DNA of 39,583 nucleotides, taken from positions 1 to 39,583 of IMG/VR virus record IMGVR_UViG_3300021978_000180. One strand, written 5' to 3'. The DNA is from a virus. Its lineage: Duplodnaviria; Caudoviricetes. Positions 9,915 through 19,884 of the stretch are shown piece after piece; the first letter of the stretch is position 1, and each line of letters starts with the position of its first letter. The notes below the pieces were generated by a model, which had not been told where the DNA came from, did not search any database, and was given only the letters and a program-made list of their open reading frames with translations. A program made the position numbers and the translations under genes.

Positions 9915-11231
9915 TTAGTATTGAATTTCCAGTCTTTTAGAATTCCAAATATTGCTATTTACTATAGAGATACTACCTTTTGATTTATAATCTTCAGAGG
10001 CATAAATAGCTAATGCTAAACTCCAAAATCTATCTGCGTGCCCTTTATCTGTTCTTTTTGCTTCATATTTAATATTGCCTGCTGTAGTTACTGATTTTTT
10101 AACAGAGTGTAAATCCTGTATTAAATCTCTATCTGGAGGAATTGTTATTAGTCTATCTTCAAATTTTGATTTTAATTTTGTTGCAAGTTCATCTTTTGAT
10201 TTATTAGTAAAGTAAACAGGAATAACCTTGCTTCCGTATTTGTTTTTTAGTTCTTCAGCTATTTGCATTCCTATTCCTGTTTCATCTATTGCAACTCTTT
10301 TTACAAAAGGCATAAAGTTTTCTATAAACTGTAGTTGTTTACTGAAAGGCATATTTTTTAGTATCTCTAACTTTCTCAAGATTAATTTGCTCCCAATTTT
10401 TTCTATAAACGATAAAACAGTTAAATCCTTTCTTCTTCCTATGTCTATTCCTAAATAGAATTCTCCATCGGCTTTTGTTACATTTGTCTCTATGTTTTCT
10501 TGAGTGCAGGAATGTATTAGTTCGTAAGGCAGTAAATATTCGTCTTCTTCTAAAAATTCACAAAGATATTCTTGTTTCCAGATATCCTCTGTAGGAACAC
10601 CTTCTTTAAGTTCTTCTATGTCTATATCTAATCCTTTGTTTACAGCATCATATATTGTTAGCTTTTGTCTGTACCATCTTGGATTATCTTGGGACATTTG
10701 CCATAGATGTCCAAAGATATCATGCTTTGTTTTGGGAGTAGAAATTACTATAAATTTATAATCTTTTTTTCTGGTTATACTTGGAAAAACTGCCTGATAA
10801 ACTCCATAACCGTCTTTAAAAAAGGCTGATTCTTCCATTATTACATCACCTGAATAACCTCTAACACCATCTGGGTTAGCGGGCAAACCAACAATGGTAG
10901 TTCCATTTGGAAATCTTGTTTCTAAAACTGTTAATTCTGTATCATCTATAAATACTTTAAATTCATCAAAACTTACTTCGCTTTCAGATATAAGTTTTAA
11001 AGCTTTTATATGCATTTTTACTTTATTCATTAGGTTTTTAGATTGTCTTTCTGTTGGAGAAATTATAAGAATAGTATGGTTTTTCTTTTCTAAAGCCCTA
11101 AAGGTTGCCCAAAGTGAAATAACAAAAGATTTTCCTGTTTGCCTGCTCCACATAAGGATAGAGTATTTATACTTTTCTAATGCACTGTAAGCTTCTATTT
11201 GATAAGGCAAAAGAATTTTTCTAAATTCCAT
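9915..11231 (-). CDS. Terminase large subunit (Mu gp28-like)
   Basis: WSRQTGKS Walker A, LPANPDGVRGYSGDVIMEE, ISTP, GIDIGR nuclease motif, GHADRFWSLALA. Confidence 0.92.
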   Translation of the reverse strand: MEFRKILLPYQIEAYSALEKYKYSILMWSRQTGKSFVISLWATFRALEKKNHTILIISPTERQSKNLMNKVKMHIKALKLISESEVSFDEFKVFIDDTELTVLETRFPNGTTIVGLPANPDGVRGYSGDVIMEESAFFKDGYGVYQAVFPSITRKKDYKFIVISTPKTKHDIFGHLWQMSQDNPRWYRQKLTIYDAVNKGLDIDIEELKEGVPTEDIWKQEYLCEFLEEDEYLLPYELIHSCTQENIETNVTKADGEFYLGIDIGRRKDLTVLSFIEKIGSKLILRKLEILKNMPFSKQLQFIENFMPFVKRVAIDETGIGMQIAEELKNKYGSKVIPVYFTNKSKDELATKLKSKFEDRLITIPPDRDLIQDLHSVKKSVTTAGNIKYEAKRTDKGHADRFWSLALAIYASEDYKSKGSISIVNSNIWNSKRLEIQY

Positions 11232-11718
11232 AGATTTCCCTTTTAATCATTTCCAGGAATTCTTGAGGTATGTTCTTTTCTTTTCCTTCTTTTTCAATCT
11301 TTTGAACTGCTTTTTCGAGTCTTTCTTCTCTGTATTTTTGCAGGCTTTCTAAAGACTTAGACAATCTTGAAACCGCTTGCGTAAGTTCTACCGGATCATC
11401 AAAGTCTATAGATTCAATTTGCCTTACAAATTCAAATATTTTGTTTGTTAAGATTGTGTGAACTGCTTCCATTAAATCAGTAGCAGGATTTTCTTTAAGA
11501 GCTTCAATTAAACCTTTTGTTTCCTCTGCAATTTTTTTGTATTCAAGAGCAAGCTCTTGGTGAGTTTTTATGGTCCTATGGATAGAAGATTTTGAAATAT
11601 CATATCCTTCACTTCTAAGGATGCTTTCTATTTCTTTTATACTCAACTTCTCATTCTCATATAAGAAAATTATTCTATTGACCAAATCATACATTTTGGC
11701 TTTGCTTCTTCTTCCCAT
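11221..11718 (-). CDS. Terminase small subunit (Mu gp27 / DUF3486-like)
   Basis: MGRRSK start and GYDISKSSIHR motif; immediately upstream of the large subunit. Confidence 0.8.
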   Translation of the reverse strand: MGRRSKAKMYDLVNRIIFLYENEKLSIKEIESILRSEGYDISKSSIHRTIKTHQELALEYKKIAEETKGLIEALKENPATDLMEAVHTILTNKIFEFVRQIESIDFDDPVELTQAVSRLSKSLESLQKYREERLEKAVQKIEKEGKEKNIPQEFLEMIKREIYGI

Positions 11719-11719
11719 C

Positions 11720-12019
11720 TTATTCCCCTAAAAGAATTGCTTTATCTTCTATAACTCCATCCATAAGTTCTATACCAGTAGGAGTTAGTTTATATAGATT
11801 TACAGTCTGGTTTCTTATTTCTACCAATTTCTTTTCATCTTTTTCTACATAACCTTTATCAACTAAATATTGCAAACTTCTTTTTACTTCATCAGGTAAT
11901 ATCCCAACTTCTGCAAATGAAAAAGTAAGCGTTTCTTCCATTACAGGATAAGGATAAGAAATGTAAAGAAATTGAAGTACTTTTCCTCTAACAATTCTTT
12001 GATTATTGAACTTTTTCAT
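11720..12019 (-). CDS. Mu gp26-like small winged-helix protein
   Basis: LQYLVDKGYV...YKLTPTGIELMDG; position upstream of terminase small subunit. Confidence 0.65.
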   Translation of the reverse strand: MKKFNNQRIVRGKVLQFLYISYPYPVMEETLTFSFAEVGILPDEVKRSLQYLVDKGYVEKDEKKLVEIRNQTVNLYKLTPTGIELMDGVIEDKAILLGE

Positions 12020-12356
12020 TTTTTAGCTCCCTAATTGTTTTTAATATTTCATTTTTTGTATCTTCCTGCCCTCTTAAATACTCAAGCTTTTTAAGCATCT
12101 CAAAGTTTGCATTTTCTATGTTTTTTAGCCTTCTATCTAGACCAGCGGACAAATTTGCGAATTGTTCCTGTGTTACAAATTTATAAGGAAGTTCTTTTTC
12201 TAAATTATTTAGTCTTTCTGAAAGTTCGCTATGCCTTTCTTCTGTTTTTTTAGCTATATCCCTTACTTCTGACTTTATAGTTTTCAGTATCCAAAACAGA
12301 GAGCCGATAGTTCCCACTGCCTGAAATCCAGCAAGAATAATCTGTGTGTCTGTCAT
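12003..12356 (-). CDS. N-terminally anchored coiled-coil protein (Mu gp25-like position)
   Basis: One hydrophobic N-terminal helix, then coiled coil; synteny. Confidence 0.5.
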   Translation of the reverse strand: MTDTQIILAGFQAVGTIGSLFWILKTIKSEVRDIAKKTEERHSELSERLNNLEKELPYKFVTQEQFANLSAGLDRRLKNIENANFEMLKKLEYLRGQEDTKNEILKTIRELKNEKVQ

Positions 12357-12622
12357 TTTTTTATTTCCTCCAGATAAGTTCTCAAGGGTAATACTATGTA
12401 AGGTTCTTTTCTGTTAGCTTTGATAACTAATTTCTCTGCTCCATCAAATAGATTTAAAACCGAAAACTGCTTTCGTGCTTTTACTTGAATAGAACCTATT
12501 CCTTTGACTTGTAAATCTGCTTTTCCAAAAGAACCAGCTGAACGAACAACTTCAAATCCTGCTTCTTCAAATGTTTTTTTAATCTGTCTTTCTACTCTTG
12601 AGCCTTTTGCTTTTGCTTTCAT
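12353..12622 (-). CDS. Hjc-like Holliday junction resolvase (PD-(D/E)XK)
   Basis: KGSRVERQIKKTFEEAGFEVVRSAGS...DL...IQVK matches the archaeal-type Hjc pattern; ATG at 12622. Confidence 0.75.
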   Translation of the reverse strand: MKAKAKGSRVERQIKKTFEEAGFEVVRSAGSFGKADLQVKGIGSIQVKARKQFSVLNLFDGAEKLVIKANRKEPYIVLPLRTYLEEIKK

Positions 12623-12649
12623 TATTTGACCTGTGGGTTTTTTGATTAA

Positions 12650-12692
12650 AAGATAAAACATATAGATAGGCAGTGTTAGGACAGGTTGGACA
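12650..12692 (-). promoter_or_regulatory. Putative late promoter, copy 3 (upstream of resolvase-terminase module)
   Basis: 17-bp motif (12692-12676), 20 nt, then TATCTT (12655-12650). Confidence 0.7.
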
Positions 12693-12702
12693 GGAAGGCT
12701 CC

Positions 12703-13341
12703 TCACACAGTTGCAGTATCTGTGTCTGCTGAAGGTGGTAGTGGCTTTTGCTTTGCCCAGTCTTCAAATGCGAGGATTGTTTTACCTTCCATTCGTTCTT
12801 TTTCGTATTTTACAAGAAGCTTCCTACAATATTCATCTGTTGATTGTGCTGTGCATGTTTTTGTTTTATTTGCAGTGTTTTCAGATGTATTATCTGCTGT
12901 ATCACTTGTGCCAGTTGAGGTTTTCTTTTCTTTTTTTTCTTCAGGTAGTTGAGCTTCTATTAATTGAAGAGTTGCCTCTATTCCAGTGTCTGTTTCAGAG
13001 GATCTAAGATCATAAAACTGAACCTTTTTTACTCCTCTTGCCTTGCAGTGTTTATCTATGATAGTCCAAATAACAGGTCTGCCATCTTTTAATCTTTTAA
13101 AGGCTTTTTCAATCTGTTTTAACTTTTCAAAAGCAGTAATATATTCTTCATCAGCAAGACTGAATGTTATATCTACATATGCAGGTTCATATCCCTCATA
13201 CAGTCTTGTAAGAGAGCTGTTTCCTTCTCCAGTGTTATCCTCATACTTGATATTTTTATATATCTCTAATCCTGTATTATCTATCGGCAAAACCACTTCA
13301 TTTCCGTCTTCATCAATCAGTTTTACTACTCTACTTTCCAT
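12703..13341 (-). CDS. Putative baseplate/tail tube initiator-like protein
   Basis: In baseplate module; beta-rich N-terminal domain with low-complexity Thr/Lys tail. Confidence 0.45.
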   Translation of the reverse strand: MESRVVKLIDEDGNEVVLPIDNTGLEIYKNIKYEDNTGEGNSSLTRLYEGYEPAYVDITFSLADEEYITAFEKLKQIEKAFKRLKDGRPVIWTIIDKHCKARGVKKVQFYDLRSSETDTGIEATLQLIEAQLPEEKKEKKTSTGTSDTADNTSENTANKTKTCTAQSTDEYCRKLLVKYEKERMEGKTILAFEDWAKQKPLPPSADTDTATV

Positions 13342-13344
13342 TCC

Positions 13345-14508
13345 TTATACCACCTGCAGTGTTAAGCTTTGAAGGGTTGGAAGTTCATTTGGATTCACGG
13401 CAATATCAGCTGTTGGGTTGTTTATGTTTATTTTTTCTACCCCTTCTATTTCCATTAGAACATAGTAAATAGTAGAAAGAGTTATACTTTTGCCAATAGT
13501 AAATCTTCTACTTTCGTAATCAAAAATTATTTCCTTGTAGTCTGGATTATAAATAAACAGGGCATTTATTCTTCTTTCTGCTTCGGCTTGAATTAATGCT
13601 TTATCTGGATAATCAGAATAGGAAGTTATTGTTATATCTAAATCAATAGGTTTTTCTGCAGGAGCCTTTACCAGGATATCTGCAGCTGGAGTTTTTACAT
13701 CATCTATTACAGCCTGAACCTGTGAAATTAAATCTGTCGTTGGCATTCCAGAAGATGAAACTATGTATATATCAGCTGTTCCCTGCCCTCTTGGATGCTG
13801 ATTATCTATATAACAATCAACAACACCATCAACAGATAAGGTATGAAATCTATAATAATCATCCGTAAATATAGATTTTGTAGCCCATACAAGAATGATT
13901 CTGTTTCTGAGGCTTTCGTCTGTTTCTTCATCTGTCCCTTCTTCAGTAAGCCAGTTTGCCGGATTGTATATCTCATCAATACCAGATATATATGTAGTCA
14001 AGGTATTTATCATTCCCTCTCCTACATTATATTTTGCTCCAGGTTTTTCAGCTTCTATCTGGACTGAAATTTCTGTCTGACCGTCTATTAATACTTTTTC
14101 CTCAATGGTTATAAACTTAAGCTCTTCTCCAAAAATGTTAGGAGTTGTTTTTATTATTGTTCCTTTTGGAATAAGTACATTTCCTGATGTGTCTGTTCTT
14201 CTAAAAAGAACATATCCTTTTGCTTTTTTTGCTGGTTTTCTTGTTATTCCAAATGTGGCAGCATGAATATCAAGCCATTTTCCTTTAGCGGTCATCACAA
14301 ACATATTTGGAACGATGTGTTCTTTCACAAGGTCATACAGCTGTTTTATAGCTTCTGAATTTACTTCAAGGAGTGTTCTGTATGCTCCACCTACATTGTA
14401 GTTTGTGATCTTTGGATTTTTCTGTCTTGATAAAGCAATAGATTCTTGTAGCAATTGTTCAAATGTCGGATAATCCAGTAGGCTATCTAAAGTCTGTTTG
14501 TAGTCCAT
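13345..14508 (-). CDS. Baseplate J / gp47 family protein
   Basis: TAKGKWLD, EAEKPGAKYNV, GTDEETDESLRNRI and PRGQGTADIYI motifs. Confidence 0.92.
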   Translation of the reverse strand: MDYKQTLDSLLDYPTFEQLLQESIALSRQKNPKITNYNVGGAYRTLLEVNSEAIKQLYDLVKEHIVPNMFVMTAKGKWLDIHAATFGITRKPAKKAKGYVLFRRTDTSGNVLIPKGTIIKTTPNIFGEELKFITIEEKVLIDGQTEISVQIEAEKPGAKYNVGEGMINTLTTYISGIDEIYNPANWLTEEGTDEETDESLRNRIILVWATKSIFTDDYYRFHTLSVDGVVDCYIDNQHPRGQGTADIYIVSSSGMPTTDLISQVQAVIDDVKTPAADILVKAPAEKPIDLDITITSYSDYPDKALIQAEAERRINALFIYNPDYKEIIFDYESRRFTIGKSITLSTIYYVLMEIEGVEKININNPTADIAVNPNELPTLQSLTLQVV

Positions 14509-14513
14509 TTTTT

Positions 14514-14933
14514 TTACTCCTCTACTGTTTTTGAGACTTTTATGTATATGTCCTGATTGTCTTTATCTAAATCTATAATCAGGTTGATAGGGGTGTCATA
14601 TTCCACTGTTTCAACTATCACTTTTATTACAAAAGTTCTCATGTCTATGTATTCTCTTACAGCTGTTGCTTCCAAAATCCTTGGATCCTTTTCAAGCTCT
14701 GTTTCAATAAGAGTTAGTATTTCAAGTTCTGTTTCCTCTGACCACTGAGCCTTAAGGTATTTATAAAGGTCTATCCCATAATCTGGATGTCTGAAATGTG
14801 AACCTTTTACTGTTTTGAGCCTGTTGATAATATCCTGAATAAGACAATATTTATCATTTACAAGAGTAATATCTCCTGTTGGTAAAACCTGAAAGTCTCC
14901 ATTAATACAGTAGATATCTGTTCCAAAATCCAT
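14514..14933 (-). CDS. Baseplate wedge protein (gpW/gp25-like)
   Basis: RLKTVKGSHFRHPDYG and LEKDPRI motifs; upstream of baseplate J. Confidence 0.8.
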   Translation of the reverse strand: MDFGTDIYCINGDFQVLPTGDITLVNDKYCLIQDIINRLKTVKGSHFRHPDYGIDLYKYLKAQWSEETELEILTLIETELEKDPRILEATAVREYIDMRTFVIKVIVETVEYDTPINLIIDLDKDNQDIYIKVSKTVEE

Positions 14934-14940
14934 CGCGATA

Positions 14941-15333
14941 TCACCCAGGTATATCTATAGGACTTGTTATAACATTTATTAATTTTTGATATTTATTAAC
15001 TATTGTTGGCAAATCTGGAGCAGAGACTCCAATAACAATTCCTGCAGAATAAGCGTCTACTGGTGGAGGATTTGAAGCTGATTGTATTCTTTGAACGATT
15101 CCTCCAGAATTTGGTTCTAACATCAAAACATAAAAACCTGCTTCTTGAATATCTCCTAAAAGTCCAGTTGTAGTTCCTATAATATTGTTTAAAGCATCTA
15201 TTTTCCTTTGAAGTTGATCTGCTACAGCTGTGGACTTGTTAAAAATATCTGTAGCTTGTTTATGTATTTTATCTAATGCTTGTGCTTGAGCAGGAAATAC
15301 ATCAGCTAAAGTTAAATTTTGCCATGTTGCCAT
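14941..15333 (-). CDS. Hypothetical baseplate-region protein
   Basis: 130 aa ORF with GGAG RBS between spike and wedge genes. Confidence 0.6.
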   Translation of the reverse strand: MATWQNLTLADVFPAQAQALDKIHKQATDIFNKSTAVADQLQRKIDALNNIIGTTTGLLGDIQEAGFYVLMLEPNSGGIVQRIQSASNPPPVDAYSAGIVIGVSAPDLPTIVNKYQKLINVITSPIDIPG

Positions 15334-15345
15334 TTTTTTATCTCC

Positions 15346-16062
15346 TTAATATGTTTGATTTGGTGAGGAAGTAGTTCCTCCACTATCTCCTGTATGTGTG
15401 TGAGAGTTATAAATAGTTAAGAATTCATCAACTTTAAGATTTAATCCGCCATCTGTAGTTAAAAGCCCTCCAAGAGCTGTGCAGGTTGAAGATGTCAAAA
15501 CAGACCCTGTAACTGTTATACTTCCATTTACAGTTAAGTTTCCGTTAAGAATAAATTCTCCTGTGTAGTTAAATACAGTTTTAGCTTCTTTCTTTATGGT
15601 ATCAGCAGAAACCTGCCATAGATTCTTTATGTTTTCTATTTTGTTATTTCCAATATCTTTAATTTCATCTTTTGGAACATTTATCTGGAGATTATCCTTT
15701 CCGTGTTGAGGAATAGATTTTCTGTAAGGAAGAATTCCATCTATAACCGGATAAGACAGACATCCATACAAGAAAGATACTTTTACTATTGCTCCTTTTT
15801 CAGGAAGGAAAAATATACCTCTGTTGTTTCCAAATCCTATTCCAAGGATAGGGACATCAGGAATAACAAGGTCAGAATCTTTAAAGTTCCCACCTTCTGT
15901 AAGTTCTATTAGTCTTACATCAGCTGAATATATACAATTCAGAAAATCAGATTTTCCTGCTACTTCATAGACTTTTTCCACCTTTCCTAAAATAGGTGGA
16001 GCAGGAATAGATACAGTCTTCTCTATTAAGCTTTTAATTTCTTCAATCTGTTTTTCAATCAT
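15346..16062 (-). CDS. Baseplate spike protein (gpV-like)
   Basis: OB-fold-like N-terminus (FLPEKGAIVKVSF), beta-helix repeats (LNGNLTVNGSITVTG), C-terminal HTH metal-binding motif (SHTHTGDSGGTT). Confidence 0.85.
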   Translation of the reverse strand: MIEKQIEEIKSLIEKTVSIPAPPILGKVEKVYEVAGKSDFLNCIYSADVRLIELTEGGNFKDSDLVIPDVPILGIGFGNNRGIFFLPEKGAIVKVSFLYGCLSYPVIDGILPYRKSIPQHGKDNLQINVPKDEIKDIGNNKIENIKNLWQVSADTIKKEAKTVFNYTGEFILNGNLTVNGSITVTGSVLTSSTCTALGGLLTTDGGLNLKVDEFLTIYNSHTHTGDSGGTTSSPNQTY

Positions 16063-16068
16063 AAGAAA

Positions 16069-16110
16069 AAGATATATCAGGGAAGGGTAAAGGTTTAGGA
16101 CAGGTTGGAC
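16069..16110 (-). promoter_or_regulatory. Putative late promoter, copy 4 (spike gene, apparently leaderless)
   Basis: 16/17 motif match (16110-16095), 20 nt, TATCTT (16074-16069), 6 nt, then ATG. Confidence 0.7.
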
Positions 16111-16126
16111 GGAAGGTTAACAGCAG

Positions 16127-16648
16127 TTAAAGTCTTATATTAAATTCTCTCATGAAATCAAACAAGTGAATATATCTAATATTAAGCTGTCTACAAACAT
16201 CTGGAATTTTTATTTTTTTTCTATTTAAAGCTCCATCTGGACTTGGCATTTCTTCAGTTACTATAATAATTTCTCCTTCAATGTTATATGCTTTAGCATA
16301 TGCAATAAGAAAAGCATCAGCTTTTTCTGCATCTAAGAATTGTTCTTTTGCCCTTTCTTTATAATGGTCATGGTCATTGACCCAGAGGCTAATTTCAGTA
16401 TATGCTTGAAGAACTCTTTCGTCAGTTTCAGTTATTAGAATTTTATTTTTATCAATATTATTAATCCACTCAATTAAGTAGTCATTTCCTCTAAGTATTT
16501 CTTCTTTTACTTTATCGATAATAAACACATTTCCATTAGGTTGATTAATGATATTTGACAGATGGTCCCAAAATGAAGGTGCTATATCTACATTATAATA
16601 GTTCCTATGCGGTGTAATAATGCTACTTGTATCTATAATGTATTTCAC
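16127..16648 (-). CDS. PIN-domain protein (DUF4411-like)
   Basis: YIIDTS, FWD, ADAFLIAYAK, IVTEE and KIKIPDVC motifs. Confidence 0.85.
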   Translation of the reverse strand: MKYIIDTSSIITPHRNYYNVDIAPSFWDHLSNIINQPNGNVFIIDKVKEEILRGNDYLIEWINNIDKNKILITETDERVLQAYTEISLWVNDHDHYKERAKEQFLDAEKADAFLIAYAKAYNIEGEIIIVTEEMPSPDGALNRKKIKIPDVCRQLNIRYIHLFDFMREFNIRL

Positions 16649-17804
16649 TTTCCCATCCCTTTGCCATTTTCTTTAGGAAGTTTTCTAAAGTTTTAAATTT
16701 CATTCTAGTTAAATGAGAGGCATCTATAAAAGAAATAAAGTTATTATTCATAGCATCTATAAGAAGCGTTATAAAGCGATTACTTATTTTATTCTTTTGC
16801 GTATTATAGTAATCACCATATTTTTCCTTTTTTTCTTCTTTTTCAAGTTCCTTTAATCTTATCTTATAATCTTCCATAAGAAATCTATATTCATCTTCTT
16901 TAATCAATTTTAGTTCCAGAGCTCGTATCAACAAAACCATTTCACTTACTTTAAATACTTTAGAAAGTTGTTGGAAATCTTTGCTAAACTTTTCTTTAAA
17001 AGTTCTTTCTGGAACCAATAACTCAACAGCGACTTTGTTGGCTAACCTTTCTAAAGAGATGTTAAATATATCAAAATCAGTAATTTCGCTTTCACCTAAA
17101 AATATATGTGCTATTTCATGAGCCAATGTGAAAAGTTGTATAGATTTAGCCTCATTTGTATTAATAAACACAATTGGAGCAAAGTCATCTATAAGAGAAA
17201 AGCCTTTAAATCCTCTAAGTTTTTTACTATTATTTCCAAAAAGTACACTATCAAGAAAAACAAAAATACCAGCCTTCTCAGCTTTATATCTTAAATATCT
17301 AAAGGCATCTGTTCTACTTTTTACTTCATTTACTGTCCAATTTTCAGGAAGTTCAAGATATTTTCTTACAAGAGATGCAATCTCTTTTGAATCACTTAAT
17401 CCTTTAGCTATACCAACATATTCCAATTTTTCATTGCCAAGTTCTTGCAGATATTCGTTTAAAAAGTCTTGCTTTTCTTTTATATCTTTTATTAACTCCT
17501 TAACTTCTATTGGAAGTTTTTCATTTGGTTGTTTTCTGAAGTAAGGAATTTCTTCTATTTCTTTGTTAATAGGTAGTTTTTCTATAATCAAATAACCAAA
17601 AGGAACATACGCTCTTTTAGCAAACTCTTTTGCTTGTTTTATAGTCAAAAAGTAATAATTTTGTTCTTTATTTTTTAAGAAATTTTCTTCTAATTTTTTC
17701 TTATCTTCTTCATCTAATCTTTCCAATACATCATGTATGTATTTTTCATTTAATCGGATATAAATTCTGCCTCTTTTTTTAAGAAATTTTTCTTCTTTAA
17801 TCAT
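16623..17804 (-). CDS. ImmA/IrrE family metallopeptidase
   Basis: GFSL...PIVFIN...FTLAHEIAH (HExxH)...ERLANKVAVELLVP; overlaps the PIN gene. Confidence 0.88.
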   Translation of the reverse strand: MIKEEKFLKKRGRIYIRLNEKYIHDVLERLDEEDKKKLEENFLKNKEQNYYFLTIKQAKEFAKRAYVPFGYLIIEKLPINKEIEEIPYFRKQPNEKLPIEVKELIKDIKEKQDFLNEYLQELGNEKLEYVGIAKGLSDSKEIASLVRKYLELPENWTVNEVKSRTDAFRYLRYKAEKAGIFVFLDSVLFGNNSKKLRGFKGFSLIDDFAPIVFINTNEAKSIQLFTLAHEIAHIFLGESEITDFDIFNISLERLANKVAVELLVPERTFKEKFSKDFQQLSKVFKVSEMVLLIRALELKLIKEDEYRFLMEDYKIRLKELEKEEKKEKYGDYYNTQKNKISNRFITLLIDAMNNNFISFIDASHLTRMKFKTLENFLKKMAKGWESEIHYRYK

Positions 17805-17903
17805 CCTTTTAATGCCTACTTTACGGTTAAAATAATTAATATTAATATCGCTAAAATTCTTTTATTAGTCTATCAAGATCGTCATAAAAATTTAACCATT
17901 TCT

Positions 17904-19040
17904 TTAACTATTTTCCCTCATTAACCTATTCAAAACAGCTGACAGATAAAAAAAGTTAACATCAGTTAAAGGTCTAAATATCAATGCGGGTCCTGTTTCT
18001 TTTTTTATTTCTATCACTCCCTCATCTTCATATATATTAAAGTCCAAGATTTTATCCAGCTTTATAGAAGTGGTCTTTTTCTGACCTACGAATATAAATC
18101 TTTTGTTTGTTATATAGATCGATCCTATATCTTCTGTTTTTAAAACATCCTGACTGCTTGTTATTCTTCCAGTCCCTGTGTAAAATCTTACTCCTTTTGC
18201 AACTTTGAAACTTAATCCAATACCGCCATAACTAACTTTTTCTTTTTTCCATTTCTGGAGCTCGGCTTTTTGTATTTCAAAATAACATTCTTCGTTCTTT
18301 TGGAGATTTATAGGACAGGGGATTGGGTTTAGTGGCTGATTCATCATTAAATATACACTATACAAATCCTCTATTCTTTTCTGTGTTTTCTCATCAAGTT
18401 CTATATTTAAGCCTTTTGTTAACCTTTCTATATATTCTTTTTCTTCAGGTGTAACCATGTTATCTTCAAAGATTTTTCTTAGCTCATTGGATATGAAGTT
18501 TGTAACTATCATAGAGTATAACTTTTTAGCATCTTTATCACTAATACCTAAAATATCTTTAACCTTGAGGAGTGTCTCTTTTTCAATTTCTGAAAGTTCT
18601 CCATCTCTGATAAAGATTTCTATTAATTTTTTGTAAAGGTCTATCTTGTCTATGCTTATACCAAGTTCTTTTGATAGTTCTAGAAGCTCTTTAAACTTAT
18701 CCCAATCCTGTTTCAATGCATAGCTATAAAGGCTTGAAAAAACTGCAGATTTGATTTGTTCTTTTTCCTGAACATTCTTAAACATATTTTTAAAGTCTAT
18801 ATTGCTAACATCCATAGAAATAATTTCAGAAAGCTTTTTCTTTGACTCATTAAGTCTTTCTTCTTTTTCTGCATTTTTTTGAAGTTTACGCTTTGTAAGG
18901 AAAAAGGTTGCTGGAATCGCTAATATCATTGAGATATAAATAGCCGTATCCCCTTTGACTCCAATCAAAGTAAGAATAACACCTATCCCTATATAAGATA
19001 GGAACCAGAATAAAAATCCCCATAAGATTTTCTTTGCCAT
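17904..19040 (-). CDS. Membrane-anchored hypothetical protein (2 N-terminal TM helices, C-terminal PH-like domain)
   Basis: Two hydrophobic helices; DGELSEIEKETL and GSIYITNKRFIFVG motifs; downstream of the repressor on the same strand. Confidence 0.65.
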   Translation of the reverse strand: MAKKILWGFLFWFLSYIGIGVILTLIGVKGDTAIYISMILAIPATFFLTKRKLQKNAEKEERLNESKKKLSEIISMDVSNIDFKNMFKNVQEKEQIKSAVFSSLYSYALKQDWDKFKELLELSKELGISIDKIDLYKKLIEIFIRDGELSEIEKETLLKVKDILGISDKDAKKLYSMIVTNFISNELRKIFEDNMVTPEEKEYIERLTKGLNIELDEKTQKRIEDLYSVYLMMNQPLNPIPCPINLQKNEECYFEIQKAELQKWKKEKVSYGGIGLSFKVAKGVRFYTGTGRITSSQDVLKTEDIGSIYITNKRFIFVGQKKTTSIKLDKILDFNIYEDEGVIEIKKETGPALIFRPLTDVNFFYLSAVLNRLMRENS

Positions 19041-19069
19041 CTGGGATTCTCCCTCCCAATACCAATCCT

Positions 19070-19756
19070 TTATAACTTGCTTAAATTTACCAATATTCTT
19101 CCTATTATTTTTATCTCTGCCTGCTGGTCTTCTGTTATTTCAATGTCATTATATTCTGGATTATCTGATTTAAAAATCAGCTTGTTTCCTTTTCTATCTT
19201 TTTTGAATCTTTTTACAAATAATTCATTGCCTATACGAAATACATAGATTGAACCTTCTAAAAGGAAGTTTTCATATTCATAGAACTTTCCGATAAGATA
19301 ATCTCCAGGTTTTATGGTTGGATACATAGAATCTCCATAAGCTTGTATCATAAAAAGTCCATTTCCAGAAGATATACCAAGTATAGCCTGTGCGAAAAGT
19401 CTGTCTATTTGAATTGGTTTTGGTTCTGATTCTATAGCTTCTACACCGTTGCCAGCAGATGCATATATATCATAAAAAGATACTTGAAAGTATTCTTTAA
19501 AACTTTTTTGAAAATGCATAGAGGTTTGTAATTGAGGAACTCCCGCAAACATCTCCCCTTCTCCTGTCTTTAACCATTCCTCATTAACATTAAATTCTTT
19601 TGCAATGAGCTTCAAGGCTGGTTCCGAGGGAATCCTATCTCCACTTTCCCATTTTTGCACTGCATTTAAACTCTTTCCTATCTTTTCGGCAAATTCCCTT
19701 TGAGATAAACCTAACATCTTCCTAAGCTGTTTTATTCTCTGTCCTATATTTTCCAT
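19070..19756 (-). CDS. CI-like repressor (XRE HTH plus S24 peptidase)
   Basis: IGQRIKQLRK...SQREFAEKIG...WESG HTH; ASAGNG cleavage site, GDSMYP and VKR catalytic motifs. Confidence 0.93.
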   Translation of the reverse strand: MENIGQRIKQLRKMLGLSQREFAEKIGKSLNAVQKWESGDRIPSEPALKLIAKEFNVNEEWLKTGEGEMFAGVPQLQTSMHFQKSFKEYFQVSFYDIYASAGNGVEAIESEPKPIQIDRLFAQAILGISSGNGLFMIQAYGDSMYPTIKPGDYLIGKFYEYENFLLEGSIYVFRIGNELFVKRFKKDRKGNKLIFKSDNPEYNDIEITEDQQAEIKIIGRILVNLSKL

Positions 19757-19791
19757 ATTTTAGGTAGTAAATTTTGCAACATTATCCTCAA

Positions 19792-19876
19792 AAGTGTCCG
19801 ATTCTCCACTTGGTGATTTTTCGGACACTTCCGTATAAAGTGTCTAATTTTTTACTTGGTAATTTTTTAGACACTT
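19792..19876. repeat. Two tandem 39-bp imperfect palindromes
   Basis: AAGTGTCCGA...ACTTGGT...TCGGACACTT (19792-19830) and AAGTGTCTAA...ACTTGGT...TTAGACACTT (19838-19876). Confidence 0.85.
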
Positions 19877-19884
19877 CAACTTAA

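Noticed and set aside
18311-18319. Partial motif TAGGACAGG inside the membrane-protein gene
   Set aside because: Only 9 of 17 bases match contiguously and it lies mid-gene; probably chance.
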